Shown: in pieces, positions 41,868 through 51,467 of the stretch | How positions within the stretch are numbered: position 1 is the stretch's first letter | Layout: each line of letters opens with the position of its first letter | NCBI GenBank assembly: GCA_951813565.1 | Contig: OX638351.1 | Location: 3,904,001-3,968,000 of the forward strand | DNA: 64,000 bases | DNA from: an uncultured Poribacteria bacterium | GTDB lineage: Bacteria > Poribacteria > WGA-4E > WGA-3G | Direction of reading: 5' to 3' | Program-made: the position numbers and the translations under genes | The notes under the pieces: generated by a model | What the model saw: only the letters and a program-made list of their open reading frames with translations | What the model was told of the DNA's origin: nothing | Database searches by the model: none

Positions 41868-43910
41868 GTGAAACGTTTTTTTGTTTTAGCTGGGATTGCC
41901 ATCGTAATTCTATGCCAGTTGAGTTGTTCATCAGATGAAGAACAAGCAAAGATTGAGAATCCAGCGATCGCCGATGCTGCAGATGGGTTTATCGCTGCAC
42001 CAGTGGTTGGTGAAATTAAACTCGAAAGCATGTATGAAGATGAGGTCCGCAGACTTGCTACAAAAACGCCTATTGAAATTATTACTGCCATTGAAGGCAC
42101 AAGTAAGATAATAGTTGAGGCAGAATTTCGCAGGGTTCAACCCTCCGGTTTTGGGTTTCCACTTTATGAATGTGTGTTGACAGACGAGGCGGTTACAGCG
42201 ATGGGCGGTCTCGCGCAAGGTATGTCTGGAAGTCCGGTTGGTACTTCTGGACGGGTATTTGGCGCACTTGCGTATGGTGAGGCGTGGGCAAAAGCACCGT
42301 ATCGGTTTTGGGTAACACCTATTGATGCGATGGAGGCTACATTGAATCACCACACATTTGGAGAATTCCTGAACCCGCCTGCCGCGCCCGGTGCGGTTGT
42401 TAACTCCACTTATGCCGCTGTGAAAACACCTATTACCTTATCTGGAGTTAGTCCAGATAGATTACAACAACTCTCTTCGCACCTCGCCGATACACAATTC
42501 AATAATGTTGAATTCTTTTCCCGAATCGGTGGTGCCCCCGCAGCCCCACCTGCCAATGCCTCGTTGAATCTTTCAGCAGGTGACATGATAGGTGTCGCTA
42601 TTGTAACGGGTGATGTTGTCAACAGTATGGGTTTTGGGACTGTGACACAGGTTTATGGTGATAAATTTGTTGCATTTGGTCATGATATGTTCCGTGACGG
42701 AAAAGCATCTTTACCAGTATACAGAGCTGTTGTCGACGGAATTGTCCCAAGTACACAGATAGCCTATAAATCCGCAACGGCTTACGGAAATCCGATCGGG
42801 ACAGTAACAAAAGACCTCAGAGCTGGAATTGTTGGCGAACTTGGTAAATTACCTCCAATGATACCTGTTACGGTTACTTATCAACCTGTCAATAGTCCCG
42901 CGCCAATTCAAACACACCACAAAGTGGCTTATGGACAAGAATGGGCAATACCAGTTGTCGCTGCTACAACCTTAGATGCAATTCGTAGTGAGATTAGTGC
43001 AGGAACTATTGAGGCAAAAGTAGCGATTAGTTTTAAAGAGACTGAAAATGTTTATACTGAATCATTCCGGAGCATTTCACCGGATCCGTTTGAAGCCGTA
43101 TTGGAAAACATGGATGTAATTGTTCAGTCATTTACAGACATACTTGCAAATGGGGCAGGTAGAGCTACAATAGATGAGATAAACATCTCTCTCATCGACA
43201 TTCCGAACATTCTCCATACAGAGATTACTGATATACATGTCATAGGGGAAGTCAAGCAGGGTGAAGAAGCTACCTTCGTGTTAGAGATGCTTCCGCACTG
43301 GAGTGCTGCAGGAAGAAACCGCAAGATGTACAGAGAAGTGAAACTTCAGATACCTGAGCATTTTGTTACCGGGCCAGCCAGCTTATCTATAGCCGCTGTG
43401 ACTGAATATGGCTTTAATCCGTTCAGTAATCCATTCGCCCCACCACCAGAAAGTTTAGATAAACTGATTGGACAACTAAAAGATACGCAGTTTGATAAAG
43501 GATTAGTCCTTGTGACGCTTGCTACATTGGAGGAGGAGCCTGAACAAATAGATCCTGCTTTAGAGGCATTTTTTGAAGAGTTCTTTGAAGCGTTTTTTAC
43601 AGATTTATTTGATACCCAACCTGAAGATGGCGATACCCAGCCTGAAGATGGAGAACTTCCGCCAGAAAATGGTGAATCTCCGCCAGAAAATGGTGAATCT
43701 CCGCCTGAAGATGGTGAGATAGTTGAAATAATTGATGAAGAAGAGTTGATGGATGATCTGGCACCAGCCCCGCGTCCGATACCTATTACTGGAACAGCAT
43801 TGCTTGTCAACCGCTTTATCGTAACAGGTGAAACAGAGGTAGAAATAGAAGTTCTCCCAGCAGTAGTTGAAGCTGAACCAGAAGCAGAGACTGATGCTGA
43901 AGTTGAGTAA
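41868..43910 (+). CDS. SpoIVB-like peptidase S55 lipoprotein with acidic tail
   Basis: Lipobox-like LSC; GGLAQGMSGSPV, GALAYG, GTVT..GDKFVAFGH. Confidence 0.85.
   Translation: MKRFFVLAGIAIVILCQLSCSSDEEQAKIENPAIADAADGFIAAPVVGEIKLESMYEDEVRRLATKTPIEIITAIEGTSKIIVEAEFRRVQPSGFGFPLYECVLTDEAVTAMGGLAQGMSGSPVGTSGRVFGALAYGEAWAKAPYRFWVTPIDAMEATLNHHTFGEFLNPPAAPGAVVNSTYAAVKTPITLSGVSPDRLQQLSSHLADTQFNNVEFFSRIGGAPAAPPANASLNLSAGDMIGVAIVTGDVVNSMGFGTVTQVYGDKFVAFGHDMFRDGKASLPVYRAVVDGIVPSTQIAYKSATAYGNPIGTVTKDLRAGIVGELGKLPPMIPVTVTYQPVNSPAPIQTHHKVAYGQEWAIPVVAATTLDAIRSEISAGTIEAKVAISFKETENVYTESFRSISPDPFEAVLENMDVIVQSFTDILANGAGRATIDEINISLIDIPNILHTEITDIHVIGEVKQGEEATFVLEMLPHWSAAGRNRKMYREVKLQIPEHFVTGPASLSIAAVTEYGFNPFSNPFAPPPESLDKLIGQLKDTQFDKGLVLVTLATLEEEPEQIDPALEAFFEEFFEAFFTDLFDTQPEDGDTQPEDGELPPENGESPPENGESPPEDGEIVEIIDEEELMDDLAPAPRPIPITGTALLVNRFIVTGETEVEIEVLPAVVEAEPEAETDAEVE
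43611..43715 (+). repeat. Five 21-bp in-frame tandem repeats (DTQPEDG x2, ELPPENG, ESPPENG, ESPPEDG)
   Basis: Read directly from DNA and protein. Confidence 0.9.
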
Positions 43911-43933
43911 TCTATATTCAAATTTAGCCTATC

Positions 43934-43967
43934 TATGGACAGGTCTACGGATCTGTCCATATTTTTC
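43934..43967 (+). terminator. Rho-independent terminator
   Basis: TATGGACAG...CTGTCCATA followed by TTTTT. Confidence 0.7.
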
Positions 43968-44042
43968 TCTACTTTTAAATATAGAATTTTCATATAGAAA
44001 ATTTATACTTTTGTGCCCACTTCATCGTAATTCTTTTGACAT

Positions 44043-45134
44043 CTATCCGCACTTAACCGGGTACCTTTCAACATAACATTTAACAATGTTTATAATCAGT
44101 TCAATATCATCCCGCGCAGATTCAAGAGAAGTATAACACACCCCACCTTCCGTAATACATGCATGAAAATGGCGGAGTTCCCGAACAAAAGCACTCTCCC
44201 ATTCTACAGCAGGAATTTTGCTATAAGTTGTTCCATCCGCATCTATGCCGTGTATTGTAACTTCTGACAAAATTCCACGCGAAAAACCTGTAGGATACGA
44301 CACCAGTACACGTTTGTTATCTCCATAGATTTCTAATGTTTCTTTGAAGTCCCAAAGGTCAGGTAGATCCACCCAAGTCGCGACACAGCGCGCACCGTTC
44401 GGAAAACCAAAAACGATGTTTACACCTTGTCCATTAGACCACACCTCCACACTTATTACCTCACTCGGTGAACCAAGCATCACACGTAAACTGTAGATGT
44501 CATGAATCATACTACCAGAAAGTAAGAAAAATGCACGTTCCGCTTCGGGTGGGACATCACCTATTGCTTGTTTCCGTGCTGATTCACGCGCAGCATGTGC
44601 AGGCGCGAACGCATCCGCAGGCACATCTTCATAACGCTCCACGTCAAATTGGCTAAGGTGCAATCGATTGTTCGGATGTAAGTGATTTATCTGAACAAAC
44701 CGATAACTTTCCATCGTATCAACCTCGCGCTTTGCAAGTCGGAAAGCAGGATCATGCACCTTCATATAACCTGCCTGCCCGACTTTTCCTGCTTTCTTTT
44801 GCGCTGCGATCATAGAATCTATCTCTTGTATTGAAAAGCAGACAGGTTTCTCAATAAAGACATGCTTCCCTGCCTCAAACGCAGCGAGTGCCACTTCGGT
44901 TTTTGGGTCTCCATGACATAGCAGCACGGCATCAACATCACTATCTAAAAGTTGTACGTAGTCTGTTACAAATTGAGGAATATTAAATCTTTTTGTAGCA
45001 GCTTCCGCGGCACCGGGAGACAGGTCGCACACAATAGCAACTTCAAATTCTTTGTGAAGTTGCTTAAGGTTTGGTAAATGATGAACTTGTGCAATTGCAC
45101 CACATCCAATAACACCTATTTTTACACGACTCAT
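44043..45134 (-). CDS. Gfo/Idh/MocA family oxidoreductase
   Basis: IGVIGCGAIA, GKHVFIEKP, IHD; start after GGAGG. Confidence 0.92.
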   Translation of the reverse strand: MSRVKIGVIGCGAIAQVHHLPNLKQLHKEFEVAIVCDLSPGAAEAATKRFNIPQFVTDYVQLLDSDVDAVLLCHGDPKTEVALAAFEAGKHVFIEKPVCFSIQEIDSMIAAQKKAGKVGQAGYMKVHDPAFRLAKREVDTMESYRFVQINHLHPNNRLHLSQFDVERYEDVPADAFAPAHAARESARKQAIGDVPPEAERAFFLLSGSMIHDIYSLRVMLGSPSEVISVEVWSNGQGVNIVFGFPNGARCVATWVDLPDLWDFKETLEIYGDNKRVLVSYPTGFSRGILSEVTIHGIDADGTTYSKIPAVEWESAFVRELRHFHACITEGGVCYTSLESARDDIELIINIVKCYVERYPVKCG

Positions 45135-45328
45135 TAATTTTTTTGACCTCCAGCATTTAATTCTCCGATATGTCCTTATCGTATCATATATCAAAAATAG
45201 ATGCACTTCATTTCCCATCCATAACTGAATGCTGATAACTGATTGCGAAAACAAAATTCATTTGACACCTAAATACAGTATATGATAATCTTATGTATCA
45301 GCGTGCTACAACGTTTTAGCGTGACATA

Positions 45329-46084
45329 ATGCGAAATATTAAACTCGTGCTTGAATATGATGGCACTAATTACCACGGATGGCAGATACAACCCAACTTT
45401 CCAACAATTCAGGGAACAGTTGAGAAGGCTTTAACTCAGTTAACCAAAAAACCTATTAAAATAATCGGGGCAGGTAGAACAGATAGCGGTGTTCACGCGG
45501 AAGGGCAAGTCGCAAATTTTTATACAGATTCACATATCCCAATAGTCGCATTTCAGAAAGGGCTCAATACCTTTCTACCGCGTGATATAGTGGTTTGTTC
45601 TGCAACTGAAGCGGATGCAGATTTTCATGCACGGTTCAGCGCTACGAGTCGGCAGTATCGGTATACGATTTTAAATCGTGCGTATCCATCTGCACTTTTT
45701 CGGTCCATCGCCTATTTCTATCCTGCTCCCGTTGATGTAAAGGCAGCTGATGTAATCTGCCAAAGTATAATTGGCAAATGGGATTTTTCTTCTTTTCAAA
45801 AAACAGGAAGTGATAGATTAAACCCGGTGTGTCAGATTTTTGGGGCACGTTGCTGGAAAATAGGTGAATACGTTTACTTTGAAATTGAAGCGGATTCGTT
45901 TCTACGGGGAATGGTCCGCGCCATTGTCGGCACAATTTTGAAATGCATCAAGGTCACCTCTGGCAACGCTGATAACGCGTGTGCTCAGTTCCACCACATT
46001 TTGAATACGAAGGACAGGGCATTAGCGGGAACATCAGCCCCTGCTAATGGTTTGTCACTTATCCGTGTTGAATATAACGACTAA
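45329..46084 (+). CDS. truA: tRNA pseudouridine(38-40) synthase
   Basis: EYDGTNYHGWQ, GAGRTDSGVHA, FHARFSA, SFLRGMVR, APANGL. Confidence 0.97.
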   Translation: MRNIKLVLEYDGTNYHGWQIQPNFPTIQGTVEKALTQLTKKPIKIIGAGRTDSGVHAEGQVANFYTDSHIPIVAFQKGLNTFLPRDIVVCSATEADADFHARFSATSRQYRYTILNRAYPSALFRSIAYFYPAPVDVKAADVICQSIIGKWDFSSFQKTGSDRLNPVCQIFGARCWKIGEYVYFEIEADSFLRGMVRAIVGTILKCIKVTSGNADNACAQFHHILNTKDRALAGTSAPANGLSLIRVEYND

Positions 46085-46099
46085 TAAAACGAGGTCTTT

Positions 46100-47119
46100 A
46101 TGAATTACGGTCAAGTTTTGAATGAATTGGAAACACTAGTCACTGAAACTTTTGGTTTATGGGAACACAACCGAGTTGGATTTCAATGGCGGCACTATAC
46201 GTGGAACCATACGATGCGCGTCCGCGCGATGAGTATGGAACTTGGCAGGCGCGAGGGCGGTGATGTCAAGCTGCTGGAAGTCGCAGGAACGCTACACGAC
46301 ATCACGAAACGTTACGACGGTGTGATACTGACTGATGACAATGGAAAACGTATCCTTGACCACAACGGATTCTGGCTAAATGAAATGCTTACGCCTGCGG
46401 GGGAAAACGTTGTCACAGAACTTTATGAAAAGCACAATCTAAACGGAAAGGTGCATCATGAATCTGGGGCAGTCATCACAGAAAACATTTTAGCGATGTA
46501 TGACTTCGAACCGGCGTTTGTGGAAGCCGCAACGTCTGTCGTTTTGGCACATCTGAAACCGATAAATCTAACTGCTGAAGATTTTAAGCTGTTGTATGGC
46601 AGTATTGAAAACCAGATTCTTTACGATGCAGATACCATGGATCCAAATGTAGGATATACTGGCTTTTTCCGCAATATCCATATTCACGCCTATTTTGCAC
46701 TTCAACGCGGCAATTTTGATTTAGAGGAGTATGTCAGAAATTTACCACGTTGGATTAATTCTAAACAGGAATTTGTAGATAAACTGCTAACCGAATCGTC
46801 CCGTGAAGTGGGGCAAATCAGACAAGATCGAAATCAACGACTCTTTGCCCAAATGGTAGATGAATTGGACGATATGGAGATCAATTGCAAATATGGATTA
46901 CTCGGCGTAATTGAGTATTTTGTCAGTGAAACAGAAGATCCGCATTTCTTAAATCAGCTCAATTATCTCCAAACCGAATGGCTTCCACAACGGCAGCAAT
47001 GGATTGCTGAAGAGGAGAAAAGTGAATCTGCACGTCAACGTGCCCAAGCTGCCGTTGATCGCGTTAACGATTTCTTGACGTTGCTTGAACAAGAAGGCAG
47101 AGGTGAATTTAAGGAGTAA
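46100..47119 (+). CDS. HD-domain phosphohydrolase
   Basis: NHTMRV...GTLHDITK...HH...LYDADTMD. Confidence 0.8.
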   Translation: MNYGQVLNELETLVTETFGLWEHNRVGFQWRHYTWNHTMRVRAMSMELGRREGGDVKLLEVAGTLHDITKRYDGVILTDDNGKRILDHNGFWLNEMLTPAGENVVTELYEKHNLNGKVHHESGAVITENILAMYDFEPAFVEAATSVVLAHLKPINLTAEDFKLLYGSIENQILYDADTMDPNVGYTGFFRNIHIHAYFALQRGNFDLEEYVRNLPRWINSKQEFVDKLLTESSREVGQIRQDRNQRLFAQMVDELDDMEINCKYGLLGVIEYFVSETEDPHFLNQLNYLQTEWLPQRQQWIAEEEKSESARQRAQAAVDRVNDFLTLLEQEGRGEFKE

Positions 47120-47124
47120 TTAAC

Positions 47125-48000
47125 ATGAATCATTTAACGACAGGCGAACCTAAAGACATCGCATCCACAACCCGACCAATTCCTTATCCTGATGAGCTGT
47201 ATCGCTTTGATACAGTAGCCAACAGCATTTCTGGCAGTTTTTCAGCAGTAACCGATACCGATATCCAATACTTTCATCAGCATGGATACCTTGTGATTGA
47301 AGATGCCTTTACCCCTGACGAAGTTCAGGATGCTATAGATGGTATGGTACATTTGATGGATGGGAAAAATCCAGACTTCCGGGCAATCCAATTTGAGCCG
47401 AAACTCGCGAAACTCAAGGATGAGATGGACACTGATGGACGCCGTGATGCGATCAGAAAAATTTTCAACTATGTAGATTATGAACCACGTCTGAACGCTA
47501 TGGCAGCGCACTCTGGACTCCTCGGTGTACTGGAACGAATTATGGATGACAAGCCTGCACTTTTTCAAGATATGGCGTTGGTAAAACCGCCACGACACGG
47601 TTCCGAAAAACCTTGGCATCAGGATTGTGCATACTTTAATTTGGAACATGGCACGACAGTTGTCGGTGTCTGGATTGCGTTAGACGAAGCAACCCCTGAA
47701 AACGGATGTATGCACATCATACCTGGGTCTCATAATGAGGGACCAATGATCCACTTCAAACGGAGAGATTGGCAGATTTGTGATACGCATGTACCGATTG
47801 CTCGCGATACAATGGTACCGCTTCCACCGGGAGGTTGTCTATTCTGGCATGGATTGACCCATCATGGGAGTCCTGTCAACCACTCATCGCAACGGCGCAG
47901 GGCACTCCAGTTGCATTATAAACCAGCGAGTTCTGAAGATATTTCGACACAAGAACGGATGGATATATACGGAAGCGAGGGAAAAGAGGTAGACTGCTAA
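47125..48000 (+). CDS. Phytanoyl-CoA dioxygenase (PhyH) family protein
   Basis: KPWHQD, WIALDEATPENGCMHIIPGSH, HHGS..N.S..RRRAL. Confidence 0.93.
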   Translation: MNHLTTGEPKDIASTTRPIPYPDELYRFDTVANSISGSFSAVTDTDIQYFHQHGYLVIEDAFTPDEVQDAIDGMVHLMDGKNPDFRAIQFEPKLAKLKDEMDTDGRRDAIRKIFNYVDYEPRLNAMAAHSGLLGVLERIMDDKPALFQDMALVKPPRHGSEKPWHQDCAYFNLEHGTTVVGVWIALDEATPENGCMHIIPGSHNEGPMIHFKRRDWQICDTHVPIARDTMVPLPPGGCLFWHGLTHHGSPVNHSSQRRRALQLHYKPASSEDISTQERMDIYGSEGKEVDC

Positions 48001-48174
48001 TCTAAACTTACCCAAATTCTCTGTTCCACCTACTGAAGGCGAGAATCTTGAGGGATGTCGGGTAGGTCAACATAGCCATTGCTACAAGAGTTAAGGGAAA
48101 GGTTGGAGTCATAGCACCCACAGCGTAAACGCTGGGGCTTGTGCTTCGTAGCAGTTAGCCTTTTTTCAAAGGTC

Positions 48175-49386
48175 TTACGTCTGCTCCACAAGGGGTTCTA
48201 AGCAGCCCCGAAGTATATTGATAGCAGCGTTTATATCTCTATCGTGGTGTGAACCACATTCATTGCATATCCACTGCCTATCTGCAAGAGAAAGATTATT
48301 GTTAGAATGTCCGCAGTTGCTACAAGGTTTTGTTGTAGGTGTCCACTGTCCGACCTGATGGCATACACGATTATGTTTGAAACATTTGAACTTCAAAATC
48401 TCAACGAACTGGTAAAAGCCAAGATCGGAGACTTTACGTCCCCAGAGTCTTTTCATTCCGTCAAGGTTGAGCGTTTCGGTGACGATAATGTCAAAGCGTC
48501 TGCAAAGGTCTGTAGCAAGTTTCCAGTGCCAATCTCTGCGTTGGTTGCTAACTTTGATATAGAGCCGTGTGAGTTGTCTGATAGCACGATACCAGTTGTT
48601 AGAACCCTTGACTTTGCGACTAAGGGACTTATTCAGTTTGCGAAGTTGTTTCAAAGATTGTTTATGGAACTGCGGAGACTCTATTTTTTCACCAGTGCTG
48701 ATTGTCAGAAAAGTTTTCAACCCGAAGTCTATCCCCACGTTCTCACTTGTGGCGGGCAAAACTTCTTGGGTTGTATCATCGGTGACAATATAGAGCCAGT
48801 ACTCACCCGCACTATCGCGAAGGATTTGGATATATCGGACATCTCCGTGCCAATCCCGGTGTTGGTGAAAAGAAAACCAGATTTTACCATATTTCAAGGA
48901 CTGTGTGTGCGTCCCACGATTTGAAGGAAATACGCACACGCCCATTTTCAAGTTTGTAGCCTGTTTGGAACTTATACCAAATTACCCAAAATCGTAGGGG
49001 CGGGTCTCTGTGCCCGCCCGTGTTCTCGGCAGTGAAAACAATACAAAACTCGTTAATTTGGTATTAGCAGAACGGTATCTATGTTTTCGCTTCGGTTTCG
49101 GATGACCGCCTTGACCAGCAAAGAAACGTTGGTATGCGTCATGGATACGGATAATCGCAGCGTCAAGGGTGTCACGAGGTATCCAAGCCCAATGTTTATG
49201 GGTGCGGTTCAGCAACTTGGTAAGATGCGGTTGCAACTTGTATCTACCAGCATATTTGCCGTAGATGCGGTAATATCGCTTTTCAAGACGCAGAAAGTGG
49301 TTATGCACATCACAAAGATCATCAAGCAGGTTGCCGAAGCGTTTATTCTTTGGATGGTTGCGTCCTTTGTATTTGTAGGTTCGCAT
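48175..49386 (-). pseudogene. tnpB: TnpB RNA-guided nuclease, disrupted by an 89-bp MITE and a frameshift
   Basis: RuvC VGIDFGLK, VTETL, CSNCG...CNECG, DRDINAAINI; N-terminal part in 48982-49386. Confidence 0.9.
48975..49063. mobile_element. 89-bp MITE carrying one GTAG REP, inserted in tnpB
   Basis: TTA|TACCAAATTA...TAATTTGGTA|TTA; removal gives in-frame RYRSAKFQTGYKLE; cargo GTAGGGGCGGGTCTCTGTGCCCGCCC. Confidence 0.88.
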
Positions 49387-49396
49387 TACTTTACTC

Positions 49397-49476
49397 CAGC
49401 ATTACTTCCGATTCCATTCGGTTTCGGTAGAGACCACCTCATGCGAGGTGGATGGAATTCTCTACCTGTAATGCTG
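49397..49476 (-). ncRNA. Candidate structured 5' leader RNA of tnpB (multi-stem, possible pseudoknot)
   Basis: CAGCATTAC/GTAATGCTG, GGTAGAGA/TCTCTACC, CCACCTC/GAGGTGG, CCGA/TCGG, ATTCCAT/ATGGAAT. Confidence 0.55.
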
Positions 49477-49481
49477 AGAAT

Positions 49482-49511
49482 AGTTTAACACACTTGGCAC
49501 ATAATTGTCAA
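49482..49511 (-). promoter_or_regulatory. Sigma70-type promoter of tnpB
   Basis: TTGACA-18 nt-TAAACT with TGn extension; predicted start at the first stem of the leader. Confidence 0.6.
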
Positions 49512-49598
49512 GGAAAAAAAGAACGGGCATTCCTCCCCGACCTAAAGCAACGGGGTCTCCTGCCCGAAGATTGATGAATGTTATAAAAGGAGCGGACA

Positions 49599-50399
49599 AT
49601 GAATAACGAATTTATCTCCATTATGACAGAGCGCATCGTGCGTGACTTTGACCCTTTACAGATTATCCTCTTCGGTTCACAGGCACGAGGGGACGCAGAT
49701 CAAAATAGCGACATAGATTGCTCGTCGTTTTTTCGGAACTCGCCGATAAACGGAAAATTGCTCTTGATATTCTGCGCGCCCTGGCTGACTTACCTGTGGC
49801 AAAAGACATTCTTGTCTCAACGCCTGAAGAACTGGAACGTCATCGCACGCGGATCGGATCGGTACTGCGTTACGCCCAACAAGAAAGGCAAAATACTCTG
49901 CCGGAAAGACTTGAACGCTCCTGCGCGCGGATCCGCTCAGCACCTTGTGCTGCCTAACGAGAAGGGAAAGTATACTGTGCAAGTGAATGATCGATTTCAT
50001 AACACATCCCGCTGGCTCCGCTATGCGGATGAAGACTTGGTGACTGCCGAAACCCTTTTAAAGCAGCCACATGTGCCGCCTCGTCAAGCGTGTTGGCACG
50101 CACAACAAGCTGCAGAAAAGACACTCAAAGTGGTATTAATCTTCTTAGAGATCTATTTTTCGAGAACGCATGATTTAGATGCGCTACGGAATCTGGTGCC
50201 TGATAGTTGGCATCTTAAAACTGTGCATCTAGACCTATCGAACTTAACCCGATGGGCACTTGAAGCATGCTACCCGGAGGACATGTCAGAAACCACCAAC
50301 GCAGACGCATCCAAGGCTGTTGAACAAGCACGAACCGTTTGGACATCTGTATTTACCGCGCTCAAAGAACACGGTTATCATGTAGAGAAAGACCTATGA
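49599..50399 (+). pseudogene. MNT nucleotidyltransferase + HEPN pair, frameshifted and fused into one ORF
   Basis: IILFGSQARGD..SDID; true continuation LLVVF..KDILV..RYAQQE lies in another frame; HEPN WL..A.EDL, CWHAQQAAEK.LK, RTHDL. Confidence 0.8.
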
Positions 50400-51015
50400 T
50401 TTGTTGGAAAGAGGATGAAAAGGCGGGAATCTTGGGAGACGTCGGTTAGTGAGAATTACCTAATAGGTTCGCCGTTAGCGTTACATCTCGGATGCCTTAT
50501 ACGATCTTCACTACAGACAACCATTATTATGGTACGATTTATCATGGAAAATTCTTCATATAACATAAGTGGTTCACTCGCTAAACATTTATTACATAGA
50601 GAACGGGCGGAATAGATCCAAAAGTCCCTCCCCTCGCTTGCAGGAGGATAAAGGGTGTGAATTTAGGGATTTCAAAACATAGAATACTCAAATTACTTAC
50701 CGAGTAAACCATTTAGAAATGGTATAACAATAACGTGAGTTTGATAAATCCCGTAGGGAATCAACACCGAATGCGCCTACGGCATTCGGTGGGGTAGAAC
50801 GGAAATGGACAATAAAAATAGACCCTAAAGAGAGGTTGTTGACCTATTTGAGGTCGATATTTCCGAAAAAATAAGTGAAATCCAACTCTTTAGGACTCTC
50901 AAGACGGTTGAATTGTTGGGTTTCGCTTCGCTCTACCCAACGGACATCTATATTCATTCTAATTATCAAGCTCACGTTAACAATAGGCATTTTCAGTAAC
51001 TGCCACTTTTTAATT

Positions 51016-51465
51016 TCACAGAAAAAATTCCTCGCAAACATGATACGGGTCTGAGGTATAAACACGATAAATGATCCTTCCTGAAAAATCAAGCATATCT
51101 TTCATTCGATCATAAATAATCGGATTTGATACACGTTGTAAAGCAGAATGACGTGTTACCCATTCGGTTTCCAGACTCTCGTCACTCGTAGTTAATTCAC
51201 CCCGGACATAATCTGCTAAGAAGCCAAACGCTAATTTTGTAGGAGATTTGATGTTTGAGTAAACACCAACCAGCGACCCAATTGACGCAGTAACTCCTGA
51301 CTCTTCTTTAATCTCGCGTTCCAATGCCTCAATAAGGTTTTCACCTTCTTCAACTTGACCACCGGGGAACTCCCACCCACGGCGCGGACCTCGTATGAGC
51401 AAGATTTTACCGTTAGGGTGACGGACCAATCCTGAGACAGCAACAATATGTTTCGGATGAACCAT
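51016..51465 (-). CDS. NUDIX hydrolase
   Basis: WEFPGGQVEEGENLIEALEREIKEESGV. Confidence 0.93.
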   Translation of the reverse strand: MVHPKHIVAVSGLVRHPNGKILLIRGPRRGWEFPGGQVEEGENLIEALEREIKEESGVTASIGSLVGVYSNIKSPTKLAFGFLADYVRGELTTSDESLETEWVTRHSALQRVSNPIIYDRMKDMLDFSGRIIYRVYTSDPYHVCEEFFL

Positions 51466-51467
51466 CT

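Larger units (their letters stand above)
48108..49573 (-). mobile_element. IS200/IS605-superfamily tnpB-only (IS1341-like) element
   Basis: Subterminal hairpins GGAGACCCCGTTGCTTTAGGTCGGGGAGGA (left) and AAGCCCCAGCGTTTACGCTGTGGG..TGAC (right); tnpB inside; no tnpA; exact ends inferred. Confidence 0.75.

Noticed and set aside
43346..43993. 215-aa Ser/Gly-rich minus-strand ORF
   Set aside because: Antisense of the acidic repeat region of the S55 protease
48307..48924. 205-aa plus-strand ORF
   Set aside because: Antisense shadow of tnpB with no recognisable motifs
49415..49446. Hammerhead ribozyme-like ATGA-stem-GAAAC in the tnpB leader
   Set aside because: The core reads CGCAUGA rather than CUGANGA, and no proper stem I/III with a cleavage triplet is seen
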